DNA from: Gemmatimonadales bacterium
GTDB lineage: Bacteria; Gemmatimonadota; Gemmatimonadetes; Gemmatimonadales; GWC2-71-9
NCBI GenBank assembly: GCA_033764615.1
Contig: JANRIU010000095.1
Location: forward strand, 2,774-66,773
Reading direction: 5' to 3'
DNA length: 64,000 bases
A program made the position numbers and the translations under genes. Below the pieces are notes generated by a model, which was given only the letters and a program-made list of their open reading frames with translations, searched no databases and was not told the DNA's origin. Positions 1-10,135 of the stretch are shown piece after piece (positions within the stretch are counted from its first letter, which is position 1; the number at the start of each line of letters is the position of its first letter).

Positions 1-482
1 GGTGATGACCTCGACCAGCGCGAGCACGTACGTCAGCGTGTAGTTCAGCTGCTGCAGCGGGTTGTGCCCGAGGTAGTGCGGCGCCTTCTCCGGCTGGATC
101 ATCATGTAGAACTTGATCATCCGGAACAGGTTGGCGAAGTCGCGCCCGCGCAGCGGGAACAGCGCCCGGATCCGCTCGAACCGGTTCCCCGCCACCAGCC
201 AGTAGATGCGCACCACGGCCGCCGTCGCGAGGGCCACGGCGGCGAGGAAGTGCACCTGGCGGAAGCGGGTCATGATCAGGCCCGAGGGATCGCTGCCGTG
301 GAAGAACGGCCAGCCGATGTAGAGGCCACTCACCACGAGCAGGGTGATCGCCGCCGCCGCGATCCAGTGCATCGCGCGGATCGGCAGCCCCCACAGGTAC
401 ACCCACTTGTAGTCGCCCTTGGGCGGCGGGATCCGCGCGCCGAGGAGCGATTCGGGCCCGGAGTCGGGCTTCATCGTCGCCG

Positions 483-486
<4 letters not shown>
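1..486 (-). CDS. Ni/Fe-hydrogenase b-type cytochrome subunit (HyaC/HupC-like); 3' end cut by the window edge
   Basis: Not in the ORF track because it runs off the edge. Manual minus-strand translation from the ATG at 486 gives MTATMKPDSGPESLLGARIPPPKGDYKWVYLWGLPIRAMHWIAAAAITLLVVSGLYIGW...RIYWLVAGNRFE...GHNPLQQ. This resembles conserved HyaC motifs (RIYW..GNR, GHNP). The start overlaps the large-subunit stop as ATGA. Confidence 0.75.
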
Positions 487-2195
<1,709 letters not shown>

Positions 2196-2209
2196 GGGGA
2201 TGTCCTCGC

Positions 2210-3403
2210 TCAGCCGGCTGACGGCGGCGCGCCGACGTCACCGCCCGCGGGCGGCTGCTGGCCGTAGATGGGAAGCTGCCGCCGCCGGGCGCGGTCGGCG
2301 AAGGTCCAGGCCGCGTGCACGGCGACGCCGCCCGCGGTCGCGCCGAGGAGCCCGAGGCCGATCGTGTCGACCGACTTCTCGATGCCGAACCCGGTGACGC
2401 CCGGGAGCCGCTGGTAGAAGGGGGACATGGTGTCCCAGAAGTACGGCTCCGTGCAGCCGATGCACGGGTGCCCCGCGCCGATCGGCCAGCTGGTCTTCTC
2501 GTTCCACATGAAGATCGGGCACGGCGAGAAGGTCTGCGGCCCCTTGCAGCCGACCTCGTACAGGCACCAGCCCTGCCGCGCGCCCGCGTCGTCGAAGGTG
2601 TGCGCGAACTGCCCCGCATCGAAGTGCCCGCGCCGCGGGCACTGGTCGTGGATGCGCGCCCCGTAGGCGAAGAGCGGACGGCCCTCGCTGTCGGCCTTCG
2701 GCAGCTTGCCGAAGGTGAGGAAGTGCACCACCGTCGCCACGATCACGTCCGGCACCGGCGGGCAGCCGGCGATGTTGAGCACCGGCCGGTCGGTGATGAT
2801 CTCCCGCACGCCCTTCGCGCCCGTCGGGTTCGGCTTCGCGGCCTGCACCGAGCCGAAGTGCGCGCACGCGCCGAGCGCGATGATCGCCGCGGCACCCTTG
2901 GCCGCCTCCACCAGGTGGTCGTGCGCCGTCCGCCCGGCGATCGTCGTGTACATGCCCCCCTCGAGCATCGGCACCGACCCGGTGACGATCAGGAGGTACT
3001 TGCCGAAGTTCTCCTTCATCGCCGTCTCGCGCGCGTGCTCGGCGGCGTCGCCGGCGGCGGCCATCAGCGTGTCGGAGTAGTCGAGCGAGACGACGTCGAG
3101 CAGGAGGTTGCCGAGCGTCGGCTCGTTGGCGCGCACCGTCGCCTCCACGCAGCCCGTGCACTCCTGCAGCTCCAGCCACACCACCGTCGGCTTCCGCTGC
3201 CGCTGCAGCGCCTTCGCCACGCTCGGCGTCAGCGCGGTGCCGACGCCCAGCGTCAACGCCACCTGGCCGCAGAACCGCGCGAAGTCGCGCCGCGAGACGC
3301 CGCGCCGCCGCAGGTGCTCCCCGAGGGTCTCCCCCGCGAGCCACGGGTCGGACTGCCGCGAGAGCAGCCCCTCGAACCCGAGCCCCGCCAGCCCGGCCGG
3401 CAT
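2210..3403 (-). CDS. [NiFe]-hydrogenase small subunit with Tat signal
   Basis: ORF 2210..3538 trimmed to Met46, whose ATG overlaps the stop of the upstream ORF (TGATG). It has a twin-arginine signal (VSRRDFARFCG), FeS-cluster Cys motifs (ECTGC, GACAHFGSVQAAKPNPTGA, CPRRGH, CIGC) and a C-terminal hydrophobic anchor (IGLGLLGATAGGVAVHAAW). Confidence 0.9.
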   Translation of the reverse strand: MPAGLAGLGFEGLLSRQSDPWLAGETLGEHLRRRGVSRRDFARFCGQVALTLGVGTALTPSVAKALQRQRKPTVVWLELQECTGCVEATVRANEPTLGNLLLDVVSLDYSDTLMAAAGDAAEHARETAMKENFGKYLLIVTGSVPMLEGGMYTTIAGRTAHDHLVEAAKGAAAIIALGACAHFGSVQAAKPNPTGAKGVREIITDRPVLNIAGCPPVPDVIVATVVHFLTFGKLPKADSEGRPLFAYGARIHDQCPRRGHFDAGQFAHTFDDAGARQGWCLYEVGCKGPQTFSPCPIFMWNEKTSWPIGAGHPCIGCTEPYFWDTMSPFYQRLPGVTGFGIEKSVDTIGLGLLGATAGGVAVHAAWTFADRARRRQLPIYGQQPPAGGDVGAPPSAG

Positions 3404-3786
3404 CAGCGGACCCGCCGCAGCGCGCGCACCTGCGCCGCCGGACGGTCCTCCACCGCGGGGTGATGATCCGCCTCGAACGCGCGCCCGCAGAGCGGGCAGC
3501 CCGCCGCGCGCGCACCCAGCCGCCACGCGACGGCGCACGCCGCCAGCACCACCGCCAGCAGCACGAGGCCGTCGGCCGCCGTGCCAAGCGTCAGGTGCGC
3601 GGCCCCGGCCGGCACCGCGTCGGCCCAGGGACGGTCATCCATCAGGAGCGCGAACAGGTCCCGCTGACCCGCGACGGGTGCGACGGGTTCAGCGACTGAG
3701 GCCGACAGCGGCCCGGTGATGGCCAGCGCCGTCAGGAGGAACCAGCGCCAGGCGGTCGGCGGCGGACGAAGAGGCATGAGAGGCAC
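3403..3786 (-). CDS. Hypothetical small membrane protein, first gene of the hydrogenase operon
   Basis: 127-aa ORF with a GTG start preceded by AAGGA 5 nt upstream. It has an N-terminal hydrophobic segment (WRWFLLTALAITGPLSA), a second TM (GLVLLAVVLAACAVAW) and a cytoplasmic tail containing CPLCG and HH. Its stop overlaps the small-subunit start. I recognise no family. Confidence 0.5.
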   Translation of the reverse strand: MPLMPLRPPPTAWRWFLLTALAITGPLSASVAEPVAPVAGQRDLFALLMDDRPWADAVPAGAAHLTLGTAADGLVLLAVVLAACAVAWRLGARAAGCPLCGRAFEADHHPAVEDRPAAQVRALRRVR

Positions 3787-3976
3787 CTCGGTCCTTAGAT
3801 TGAGGCAGCCTCAGGGCTGCCGATGCGGTGCAGGAGTGCAGGGACGTCCCCAATAAGCGCCGCCGTACATGAAGAAATCCTGAACGATAGTGGAATCGAC
3901 CGTGACGACGAACAACTTGTCTCATCACCCGCCGACGGTGCGCAGAATGCGTCGTTTATTCGCTTTGTGCACTGAG

Positions 3977-3998
3977 AATCGTTTCCTCTGCAACGATT
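3977..3998. promoter_or_regulatory. Inverted repeat AATCGTT-N8-AACGATT in the low-GC divergent intergenic region (hydrogenase operon / aminotransferase)
   Basis: 7-bp perfect arms read directly from the sequence. It lies inside the 276-bp, comparatively AT-rich spacer 3787..4062, between divergent operons. Candidate operator only. Confidence 0.25.
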
Positions 3999-4062
3999 TC
4001 GTAGCGTTAATGCGCACCTGCACTTATGATTCATCAGTTTTTCCCATGGAAGAAGCCTGACC

Positions 4063-5232
4063 GTGCTCACGGCCCCTATCAGCAGTCGCGTCGACGCCGT
4101 CGAGCCGTTCCACGCCGTGGTGCTCAACCAACGAGCGCTCGCGCTGGAAGCGGCGGGCCGCTCCATTCGGAAGCTCTCCATCGGCGAGCCCGATTTCCCC
4201 ACGCCCGATCTCGTGGTGCGCGCGGCCTTCGACGCGGCCCTCCGCGGCGAGACGCACTACACCGCGCCCCTCGGCATCCCTGCCCTCCGCACGGCCCTCG
4301 CCGAGCGGTATGGCCGGGTGGACGGGCTCGAGGTCGACCCGGCCCGGATCGCCGTCACGACCGGCGCCTCCGCCGCGCTGCTGGCCGCACTGGCCGTCCT
4401 GGCTGACTCGGGCGACGGCTTCCTGATGGCCGACCCGGGCTACCCATCCAACCGCGCGTTCCTGCAGATGGTCGGTGCCGTGCCGGAGCTGGTGCCGGTC
4501 GGCGCCGCAGAGCGGTGGCAGCTCACGCCGGAGCTGGTGGACGCGCACTGGACGCCGCGCACCCGCGGCGTGATCGTCGCGTCCCCCGGCAACCCGACGG
4601 GCACCGTCATCCCGGATGATGCACTGCGCGGCATCCTCGACGTGGTGCGCGTACGCGGCGGCACGCTGGTGGTCGACGAGATCTACGGCGGGCTGGTGTA
4701 CGGCGAGCGGCCACGCACGGCGCTCGGGCTGGGGGATGACGTGGTCGTGGTGAACAGCTTCTCGAAGTACCACTGCATGACCGGCTGGCGCATCGGCTGG
4801 ATGGTGGCGCCTCCGCCGATCCTCGCCGCTGCCGAGCGCCTCTGTCAGCACCTTTTCATCTCGCCACCCACACCGGCGCAGTACGCGGCGCTCGCGGCGC
4901 TCGGCCCCGAGGCGACCGCGATCTTCGAGGCGCGCCGCGCCGAGTTCATGCGCCGCCGGGATTACCTGGTGCCCGCGCTCGTCGGCGCCGGCTTCGGCGT
5001 GCCCGTGCGCCCCGACGGGGCCTTCTACGTGTACGCCGACTGCTCGGCGTTCGGCGCGAGCGAGGCGTTCGCCGCGGCGCTCCTCGAGGAGGCGGGCGTG
5101 GCGGTGACGCCAGGCCGCGACTTCGGGGTGCAGCAGGCCGACCGCCACGTGCGTATCGCCTACACATGCCCTCTCGACGACCTTGCGGACGCGGTGACCC
5201 GCATCCGTGCCTTCGCGGCCCGCGCCGCATGA
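4063..5232 (+). CDS. PLP-dependent aminotransferase, class I/II (aspartate/aromatic aminotransferase-like)
   Basis: 389-aa ORF with a GTG start. It has the PLP-lysine motif SFSKYHCMTGWRIGW and conserved elements (LSIGEPDFPTP, GNPTG, DEIY). Confidence 0.9.
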   Translation: MLTAPISSRVDAVEPFHAVVLNQRALALEAAGRSIRKLSIGEPDFPTPDLVVRAAFDAALRGETHYTAPLGIPALRTALAERYGRVDGLEVDPARIAVTTGASAALLAALAVLADSGDGFLMADPGYPSNRAFLQMVGAVPELVPVGAAERWQLTPELVDAHWTPRTRGVIVASPGNPTGTVIPDDALRGILDVVRVRGGTLVVDEIYGGLVYGERPRTALGLGDDVVVVNSFSKYHCMTGWRIGWMVAPPPILAAAERLCQHLFISPPTPAQYAALAALGPEATAIFEARRAEFMRRRDYLVPALVGAGFGVPVRPDGAFYVYADCSAFGASEAFAAALLEEAGVAVTPGRDFGVQQADRHVRIAYTCPLDDLADAVTRIRAFAARAA

Positions 5233-6740
5233 CCGACCTGCCGCCATCGGAGCCGCCCATGCCTCCCCTCATCGAGTCGTCCACGGACCAGACAGCCGGC
5301 GCGCCTGCGCCCGCCGACCCCGAAGGCGTCGCCGCCCTGCCCGCCCCGTCCGAGGCGACCGAGGCGACCGAGGCGACCGAGGCGAAGCCGACCGACCCGG
5401 CGTTCGACTGGGACGTTGCTGGCGTGCTCGCCGGGCTCTCGGTCAAGGCGAGCGAGATCGCGACCGCGCGCGCGCAGCCCGGCAGCATCCTCGTGCCGCT
5501 GCTCTGGCCGATCGTCGCGGATGCGCTGAGCGAGGATCCCGAGGTCGGCGAGGAGCTGCACCGCCGCGCCGAGGCGATGGGCGACTGGGGCCATCCGCGC
5601 GGCCCCGACACCGAGCCGGAGGCCGAGCAGTGGACCGCCGTCGGCGCCTTCGTGCTCGAGTACCAGGAGGCGGTGCATCGGCTCTTCCCCCCCGCCCTCG
5701 CGTTCGCCCGCGTCGAGCTCGACGTCGGCACGCTCGCGGCGGCGCGCGCGCGCCGCTACGCCGAGTGGCTGAAACAGAAGCCGGACCTGGTGGTCGCCGT
5801 GCTCGTGGCGCACGGCCTGATCGCGGATGCGCGGCAGAACCCGGCCGACCTCTTCCTCGCGCCGAAGAAGGATGCGAAGACGATCGCGCTGGCGCTCGCC
5901 GCGTACGTGAAGGAACTGCACGGCGCGGGGACGTGGCTCTCGTGGGACCAGGCGCTGCGCCTCGCGTCCGAAGCGTGGTGGTGGCGGGGCGGCTCGCGCG
6001 CGCTCACGGCCGAGCTCGCGCGCGAGTGCGGGCGCCTGCTGGCCCAGCGCGCCACGAGCGACCAGGAGCGGCTGGTGATGGAGAAGGAGCTGGCAGCGGC
6101 GCGCCGAAGACTGGAGAAGGGCGACGCCGTGGCCGAGCGCACCACCACGGAGCGGCTCGCCGAGGTGTCGGGCCTGCGCGAGGAGCTGGCGGCGGCGCGG
6201 CGGCAGCTCGCGGAGCTGACGCGCGAATCGGCGGAGCTGCGCCACGGCCGCGACCGGCACCGCGCGCGCGCGGAGGCGCTGGCCGAGGAGATGCGCCGCC
6301 ACGGCCTCGAGCCGGGCGCGACGCAGGAGGAGGAGGCGGAGCCCGCGCCCGCCCCGGCGGCGCCGGAGCCGGTCGCCGCGGCGCCCGCGGAGCCGGAGCT
6401 GCCGCCGGTGCCGGCGGATGTCTTCGCGGGACGGAAGGTGCTGCTCTTCACCGCCCACGAGCGCGGCATCGCGCGGCAGGACATGGCGCGCGCCTTCGAG
6501 CAGTTCGGCGCGGACGTGGAGGTCATCCACTCGCGCGAGAGCGCGAAGGGCCCGGAGCGCTACAAGCCGGAGACGATCGTGGTGCTGGAGGTGCGCTTCA
6601 TGCCGCACAAGACGTCGACGGTGCTCAAGGAGCGCGCGAAGGCGTCGGGCTGCTGGGTGATCGAGCTCCGGCACGGCTCCAACCTCGCCGCCGAGGTGGC
6701 GCAGCGGTGGTGGAAGGACCGGCACCTCAACGTGCGCTGA
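5229..6740 (+). CDS. Hypothetical protein: unknown N-terminal domain, central coiled coil, C-terminal DUF2325-like domain
   Basis: ORF 5166..6740 trimmed to Met22 (MTDLPP), whose ATG overlaps the aminotransferase stop (ATGA). It has a heptad-like Ala/Arg/Glu-rich segment (ELAAARRQLAELTRESAELRH...). The C-terminus VLLFTAHERG...ADVEVIH...IVVLEVRFMPHKTSTVLKERAKASGCWVIEL resembles DUF2325 as I recall it. Confidence 0.6.
   Translation: MTDLPPSEPPMPPLIESSTDQTAGAPAPADPEGVAALPAPSEATEATEATEAKPTDPAFDWDVAGVLAGLSVKASEIATARAQPGSILVPLLWPIVADALSEDPEVGEELHRRAEAMGDWGHPRGPDTEPEAEQWTAVGAFVLEYQEAVHRLFPPALAFARVELDVGTLAAARARRYAEWLKQKPDLVVAVLVAHGLIADARQNPADLFLAPKKDAKTIALALAAYVKELHGAGTWLSWDQALRLASEAWWWRGGSRALTAELARECGRLLAQRATSDQERLVMEKELAAARRRLEKGDAVAERTTTERLAEVSGLREELAAARRQLAELTRESAELRHGRDRHRARAEALAEEMRRHGLEPGATQEEEAEPAPAPAAPEPVAAAPAEPELPPVPADVFAGRKVLLFTAHERGIARQDMARAFEQFGADVEVIHSRESAKGPERYKPETIVVLEVRFMPHKTSTVLKERAKASGCWVIELRHGSNLAAEVAQRWWKDRHLNVR
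5352..5387 (+). repeat. Tandem 9-bp repeat GAGGCGACC x3 plus one degenerate copy, encoding (ATE)n
   Basis: Read directly: gaggcgacc gaggcgacc gaggcgacc gaggcgaag. It is in frame within CDS 5229..6740 (SEATEATEATEAK). Confidence 0.9.
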
Positions 6741-7872
6741 CCGCCGCGGGCCGTCCGTGCACGTCGATGAGCGCCGGCGCGACCCCGGGCAACCGGATGT
6801 CGAGCCGGCGCTCCGCGCGTGCGGGATCGACGTCGTAGCCGCGGTCGCGCAGGACGCCGACGGAGATCGCGCTGAGGCCGGCGAGCGGGTCGAGCATCGG
6901 CCGCATCAGGTCGTCGAGCGCGAGCGGGCCCGTCGCCCAGTGCGACGGGTCGCCGGCGAGCGGGATCGCCGCGGCGCCGCCGGCGACGGCGAGCGCCGCC
7001 GGGCCGGTCCAGCGCCACGGCTCGTCACGCGTGGCCGGCAGCAGCCAGCGCGCGTAGGGCGGTGCGCCGCGGTCGCTCGTCCACCCCGGCACGCCGGCCA
7101 GTCCGAGCACGTGTCCCATCTCGTGCAGTGCCACCGCCTCCACGAGCAGCGTGTCGAAGGCGCTCCCGTGCGCGAGCGTGCTGTCGCGCCAGCCGTCGCG
7201 GATGCGCACCACCCCGCCGAGCGCGCGCCCGCGCGCGTCCATCACGCACGGCATCCCCTCGCCCACCACGCCCGGCGCCGCCGAGACCCAGCGCGCCACG
7301 CGGACGAGGACGCCCTGCACCGGCTGGTCGGTGGGCAGGCCGCCGCAGAACTGCCCCGTGGGGCCGGCGAAGAGGAGCGACGCCGGCTCCGCGCGCTGCA
7401 CGACGCGCTGCAGCCGCGCGGCGGCGCGTTCGTACGCGATGCGCTCGCCCGCGAGCGGCGGCGTCGCGAAGCTGAAGCGGACGCGGAACGCGTCGGCCGG
7501 AGCGGGCGCGACGTCCACCGTGACCGCCTGGCGCTCTCCCTCCGCCCGCACCACGAGCTCGGCGGTGCCGGCGCGCCGCGGGAACAGGCGCCCGAAGCCG
7601 TCGACGTCGACGACCGACGTGTCGCTGGACCACCAGGTGAACGGCTCGGCGAGCGGCCGAGGCTCGCGCCACGTCGCGCGGAGACGTCCCGCCTCCCCCG
7701 CGACGAGCGGCGCGTCCGCGGCGAGGCGGATGACCCCCTCGGCGCTCGGCGCGGCGCGCGTATCGGCCAGGCGCGCGGGTGCACGGCCCTCGCTCGGCGT
7801 GGTGCCGCCACCGCCGCACGAGAGCGCGCCGACGAGGCTCGCCGCCAGCCCGACACGCCACCGATCCGCCAC
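6727..7872 (-). CDS. Secreted lipoprotein zinc metalloprotease (HExxH) with an Ig-like (Big_2-type) N-terminal domain
   Basis: 381-aa ORF. It has a lipobox-like signal (LVGALSCGGG), an Ig-like segment (VDVDGFGRLFPRRAGTAELVVRAEGERQAVTVDV) and the HExxH motif ALHEMGHVLGL. Confidence 0.7.
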   Translation of the reverse strand: MADRWRVGLAASLVGALSCGGGGTTPSEGRAPARLADTRAAPSAEGVIRLAADAPLVAGEAGRLRATWREPRPLAEPFTWWSSDTSVVDVDGFGRLFPRRAGTAELVVRAEGERQAVTVDVAPAPADAFRVRFSFATPPLAGERIAYERAAARLQRVVQRAEPASLLFAGPTGQFCGGLPTDQPVQGVLVRVARWVSAAPGVVGEGMPCVMDARGRALGGVVRIRDGWRDSTLAHGSAFDTLLVEAVALHEMGHVLGLAGVPGWTSDRGAPPYARWLLPATRDEPWRWTGPAALAVAGGAAAIPLAGDPSHWATGPLALDDLMRPMLDPLAGLSAISVGVLRDRGYDVDPARAERRLDIRLPGVAPALIDVHGRPAAVSAR

Positions 7873-8041
7873 CGCGCCTCCGCCCCCGGGGGAAGGGCGC
7901 GCACGCGATGATTGCGGCGCGGGGAGTCCCGGGCCTGCGGGTTATCGACGGGATGACGGGTAGCTGAAGCGGCCTCCAGCGCGCGCGCCACGTGCCGATA
8001 CTCGAAGGTCGGGCCCGCGCGTGGGCTGGGGCGCAAAGGAC

Positions 8042-8073
8042 GGACGCCCCCGGCCGTGGGGCCGGGGGCGTCC
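8042..8073 (-). terminator. Perfect 14-bp stem / 4-nt loop hairpin downstream of the tRNA cluster
   Basis: GGACGCCCCCGGCC-GTGG-GGCCGGGGGCGTCC. On the minus strand it directly follows tRNA-Lys and is followed by TTTGCG. Confidence 0.6.
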
Positions 8074-8078
8074 TGGGA

Positions 8079-8151
8079 TGCGGCGCGTAGGAATCGAACC
8101 TACAACCTAGTGATTAAGAGTCACTTGCTCTGCCAATTGAGCTAGCGCCGC
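8079..8151 (-). tRNA. tRNA-Lys (anticodon CUU)
   Basis: The manual cloverleaf has acceptor GCGGCGC/GCGCCGC. The anticodon arm is AGUGA-CUCUUAA-UCACU. The T arm is GUAGG-UUCGAUU-CCUAC. The discriminator is A and there is no encoded CCA. Confidence 0.85.
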
Positions 8152-8169
8152 TCAGCCGTCGACTCGCGA

Positions 8170-8241
8170 TAGCCCCAACGGGAATCGAACCCGTCTCTCG
8201 ACCTTGAAAGGGTCGCGTCCTGACCGATAGACGATGGGGCC
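8170..8241 (-). tRNA. tRNA-Glu (anticodon UUC)
   Basis: The manual cloverleaf begins GGCCCCA-UC-GUCU...GGAC. The anticodon arm is CGACC-CUUUCAA-GGUCG. The T arm is ACGGG-UUCGAUU-CCCGU. The acceptor closes with a G1-U72 wobble. Confidence 0.85.
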
Positions 8242-8269
8242 GGGGCTCCCTGCGGGCACCGCGATGTCA

Positions 8270-8342
<73 letters not shown>

Positions 8343-8378
8343 ACTGGCCCTGCTGTCCTGCGTCCTGCCCTGCACCGA

Positions 8379-8451
8379 CAGGCCCGGAGGGAATCGAACC
8401 CCCAACCCCCGGTTTTGGAGACCGGTGCTCTACCAATTGAGCTACGGACCT
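8379..8451 (-). tRNA. tRNA-Trp (anticodon CCA)
   Basis: AGGUCCGUAGCUCAAUUGGUAGAGCACCGGUCUCCAAAACCGGGGGUUGGGGGUUCGAUUCCCUCCGGGCCUG. It is close to the E. coli tRNA-Trp architecture. The anticodon loop is CUCCAAA. Confidence 0.9.
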
Positions 8452-8465
8452 TCAAACCGTACCAG

Positions 8466-8540
8466 GGTGGCTGACGGGGATCGAACCCGCGACCTCCGGA
8501 GCCACAGTCCGGCGCTCTAACCGTCTGAGCTACAGCCACC
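8466..8540 (-). tRNA. tRNA-His (anticodon GUG)
   Basis: GGUGGCUGUAGCUCAG... carries the extra 5' G(-1) typical of tRNA-His. The anticodon arm is CCGGA-CUGUGGC-UCCGG. The T arm is GCGGG-UUCGAUC-CCCGU. Confidence 0.9.
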
Positions 8541-8599
8541 ACGAGCGCGCCTAGCCCATCGGCGAGCGGCAGGGAAAGATAGGGGGCGAGGCGGCTCGG

Positions 8600-9244
8600 T
8601 CAAGCGGGCCAGAAGCGCCGAGCGAGCTCCTCAGTGCGGCGCGCGGGCGTCACCTTCCGCCCATCCACCGACGCCACCGGCACGACGCCTCGCGCCGCGT
8701 TCGCCAGGAAGAGCCCGTTGAGCAGCACCTCCGCGAGCACGGCGCGCTTCGGCACCACCGGCCCCATCAGTTCCTCGATGCGCAGGCGCGAGACCGAGTG
8801 CAGCACGCCGAGCGAGAAGTCCGGCGCGCCCACGCGGTCCCGCTCCCACCAGAACACCGACCAGACCGTCGCCTCGCAGAGGAAGCCCTGGCCCGAGAGG
8901 AAGAGCGCGTCGTCCGCGCCGACCGCGCTGACCTCCATCGTCGCCCGGTCGAACTGCGCCCGCTCGACCGTCTTGTGCGGGTACGGCACGAACGGCGTCT
9001 TCACGGTGATGAGCTGCACCGGGTCGGTCCGGCCCACCGGACGGTCGCCGGAGGTGACGCCGTCGACGCCGATCTCGAGGCGGCGCACGCGGTCCCCGGT
9101 GCCCGTCGGCACCTCCATCTCGGGCGGGATCGGCACGCCGAGGTCGCGCGCGCTCTCCGACATGCGGCGGAGGTGCAGGTGCCAGAGCGGCGCCTTCCCC
9201 CCGCGAATCCGGATCGTCTCGATCAGCCTCGGCGTCGTCCGCAT
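8600..9244 (-). CDS. Aminotransferase class IV family protein (aminodeoxychorismate lyase-like, short form)
   Basis: 214-aa ORF. It has a class IV-like layout, a candidate PLP lysine in PYPHKTVERAQ and a C-terminal GVVPVASVDGRKV motif typical of the fold. Confidence 0.65.
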   Translation of the reverse strand: MRTTPRLIETIRIRGGKAPLWHLHLRRMSESARDLGVPIPPEMEVPTGTGDRVRRLEIGVDGVTSGDRPVGRTDPVQLITVKTPFVPYPHKTVERAQFDRATMEVSAVGADDALFLSGQGFLCEATVWSVFWWERDRVGAPDFSLGVLHSVSRLRIEELMGPVVPKRAVLAEVLLNGLFLANAARGVVPVASVDGRKVTPARRTEELARRFWPA

Positions 9245-9251
9245 GCTCCGC

Positions 9252-10130
9252 TCACCCCTCCGCGTCGTCCGTCCGCGCCCCGGCGCGCATCGCGCGCCAG
9301 GTCGTCGCCCCCAGGATCAGCACGCCCCCCACCGCCGGCCACGCACCCGGCCGCTCGCCCAGGAGCAGCCACGACCACGCGGGGTTGAGCGCAGGCTCCA
9401 GCAGCAGCAGGAGCGATGCCTCGAGGGCGGGCACCTGCGTCATGCCCCGCGTCAGCAGGAAGTAGGCCAGCGCGATCTGCGCCACCCCGAGATACGTCAG
9501 CACCGCCCAATCGGTTGCGGTCGGCGCCATCGGCAGCGCGAACGGCAGGCACGCCGCAAATGCGAGCAGGTTCCCGAGGGCGACCGCCCCGACGCCGCTC
9601 GGCGGCGCCTCGCCGGGCGCGACCTTCCGGGTTCCCAACCAGCGCAGGCCGAGCAGCGTCACCGCGTACGCGAGCCCCGACGCCGCCGCGAGCGCGTTGC
9701 CGGTGGCCGGGTCGGGCGCGGTGCGCACCGGCGCGGCGCTGCCGAGCACCACGCACGCGAAGCCCGCGAGGACCGCGGCGGCGACGGCGAGGTCCGCGCG
9801 GCGCAGCCGCTCCCGCAGGAGCCACGGCCCGAGCAGGAGCAGGTAGAGCGGCGCCGTGGACTGCAGGAAGATGGCGTTGGCGCTGGTGGTGAGCTTGTTC
9901 GCGGCGACGAAGAGCGTGAGCGTCGCCGCGTACGCGGCGGCGACGAGCGCCGTCTCGCGGCGCCAGCCGCGGCGCGCCTGCGGCACGAGCAGCAGCAGCA
10001 CCAGGCCCGCGATGCCGCTGCGGAGCCCCGCGACGGGCCACGCGCCGAGGGTGGTCGCCTTGATGGCCGCGCCACCGGTGCTGAAGAGGAGCGCGGCGCC
10101 GAGCACCTCGAGGCGGCCCGCGGCGCGCAC
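9252..10130 (-). CDS. EamA/DMT family transporter
   Basis: 292-aa polytopic membrane ORF (about 10 hydrophobic segments) with two EamA-like halves. Its start lies 5 nt after the TolC-like stop. Confidence 0.8.
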   Translation of the reverse strand: MRAAGRLEVLGAALLFSTGGAAIKATTLGAWPVAGLRSGIAGLVLLLLVPQARRGWRRETALVAAAYAATLTLFVAANKLTTSANAIFLQSTAPLYLLLLGPWLLRERLRRADLAVAAAVLAGFACVVLGSAAPVRTAPDPATGNALAAASGLAYAVTLLGLRWLGTRKVAPGEAPPSGVGAVALGNLLAFAACLPFALPMAPTATDWAVLTYLGVAQIALAYFLLTRGMTQVPALEASLLLLLEPALNPAWSWLLLGERPGAWPAVGGVLILGATTWRAMRAGARTDDAEG

Positions 10131-10135
10131 CGCGG

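Noticed and set aside
3787-4062. Possible sigma-54 (-24/-12) promoter for the hydrogenase operon, as in proteobacterial hup/hox loci
   Set aside because: I could not find a convincing TGGCAC-N5-TTGC element on either strand. Only TGCAC-containing fragments are present, so only the palindrome at 3977..3998 is reported, at low confidence.
5352-5387. Short tandem repeat considered as a CRISPR-like or VNTR locus
   Set aside because: 9-bp units with no spacers, in frame inside a CDS. This is not a CRISPR array. No CRISPR-like repeat-spacer structure was seen anywhere in the window.
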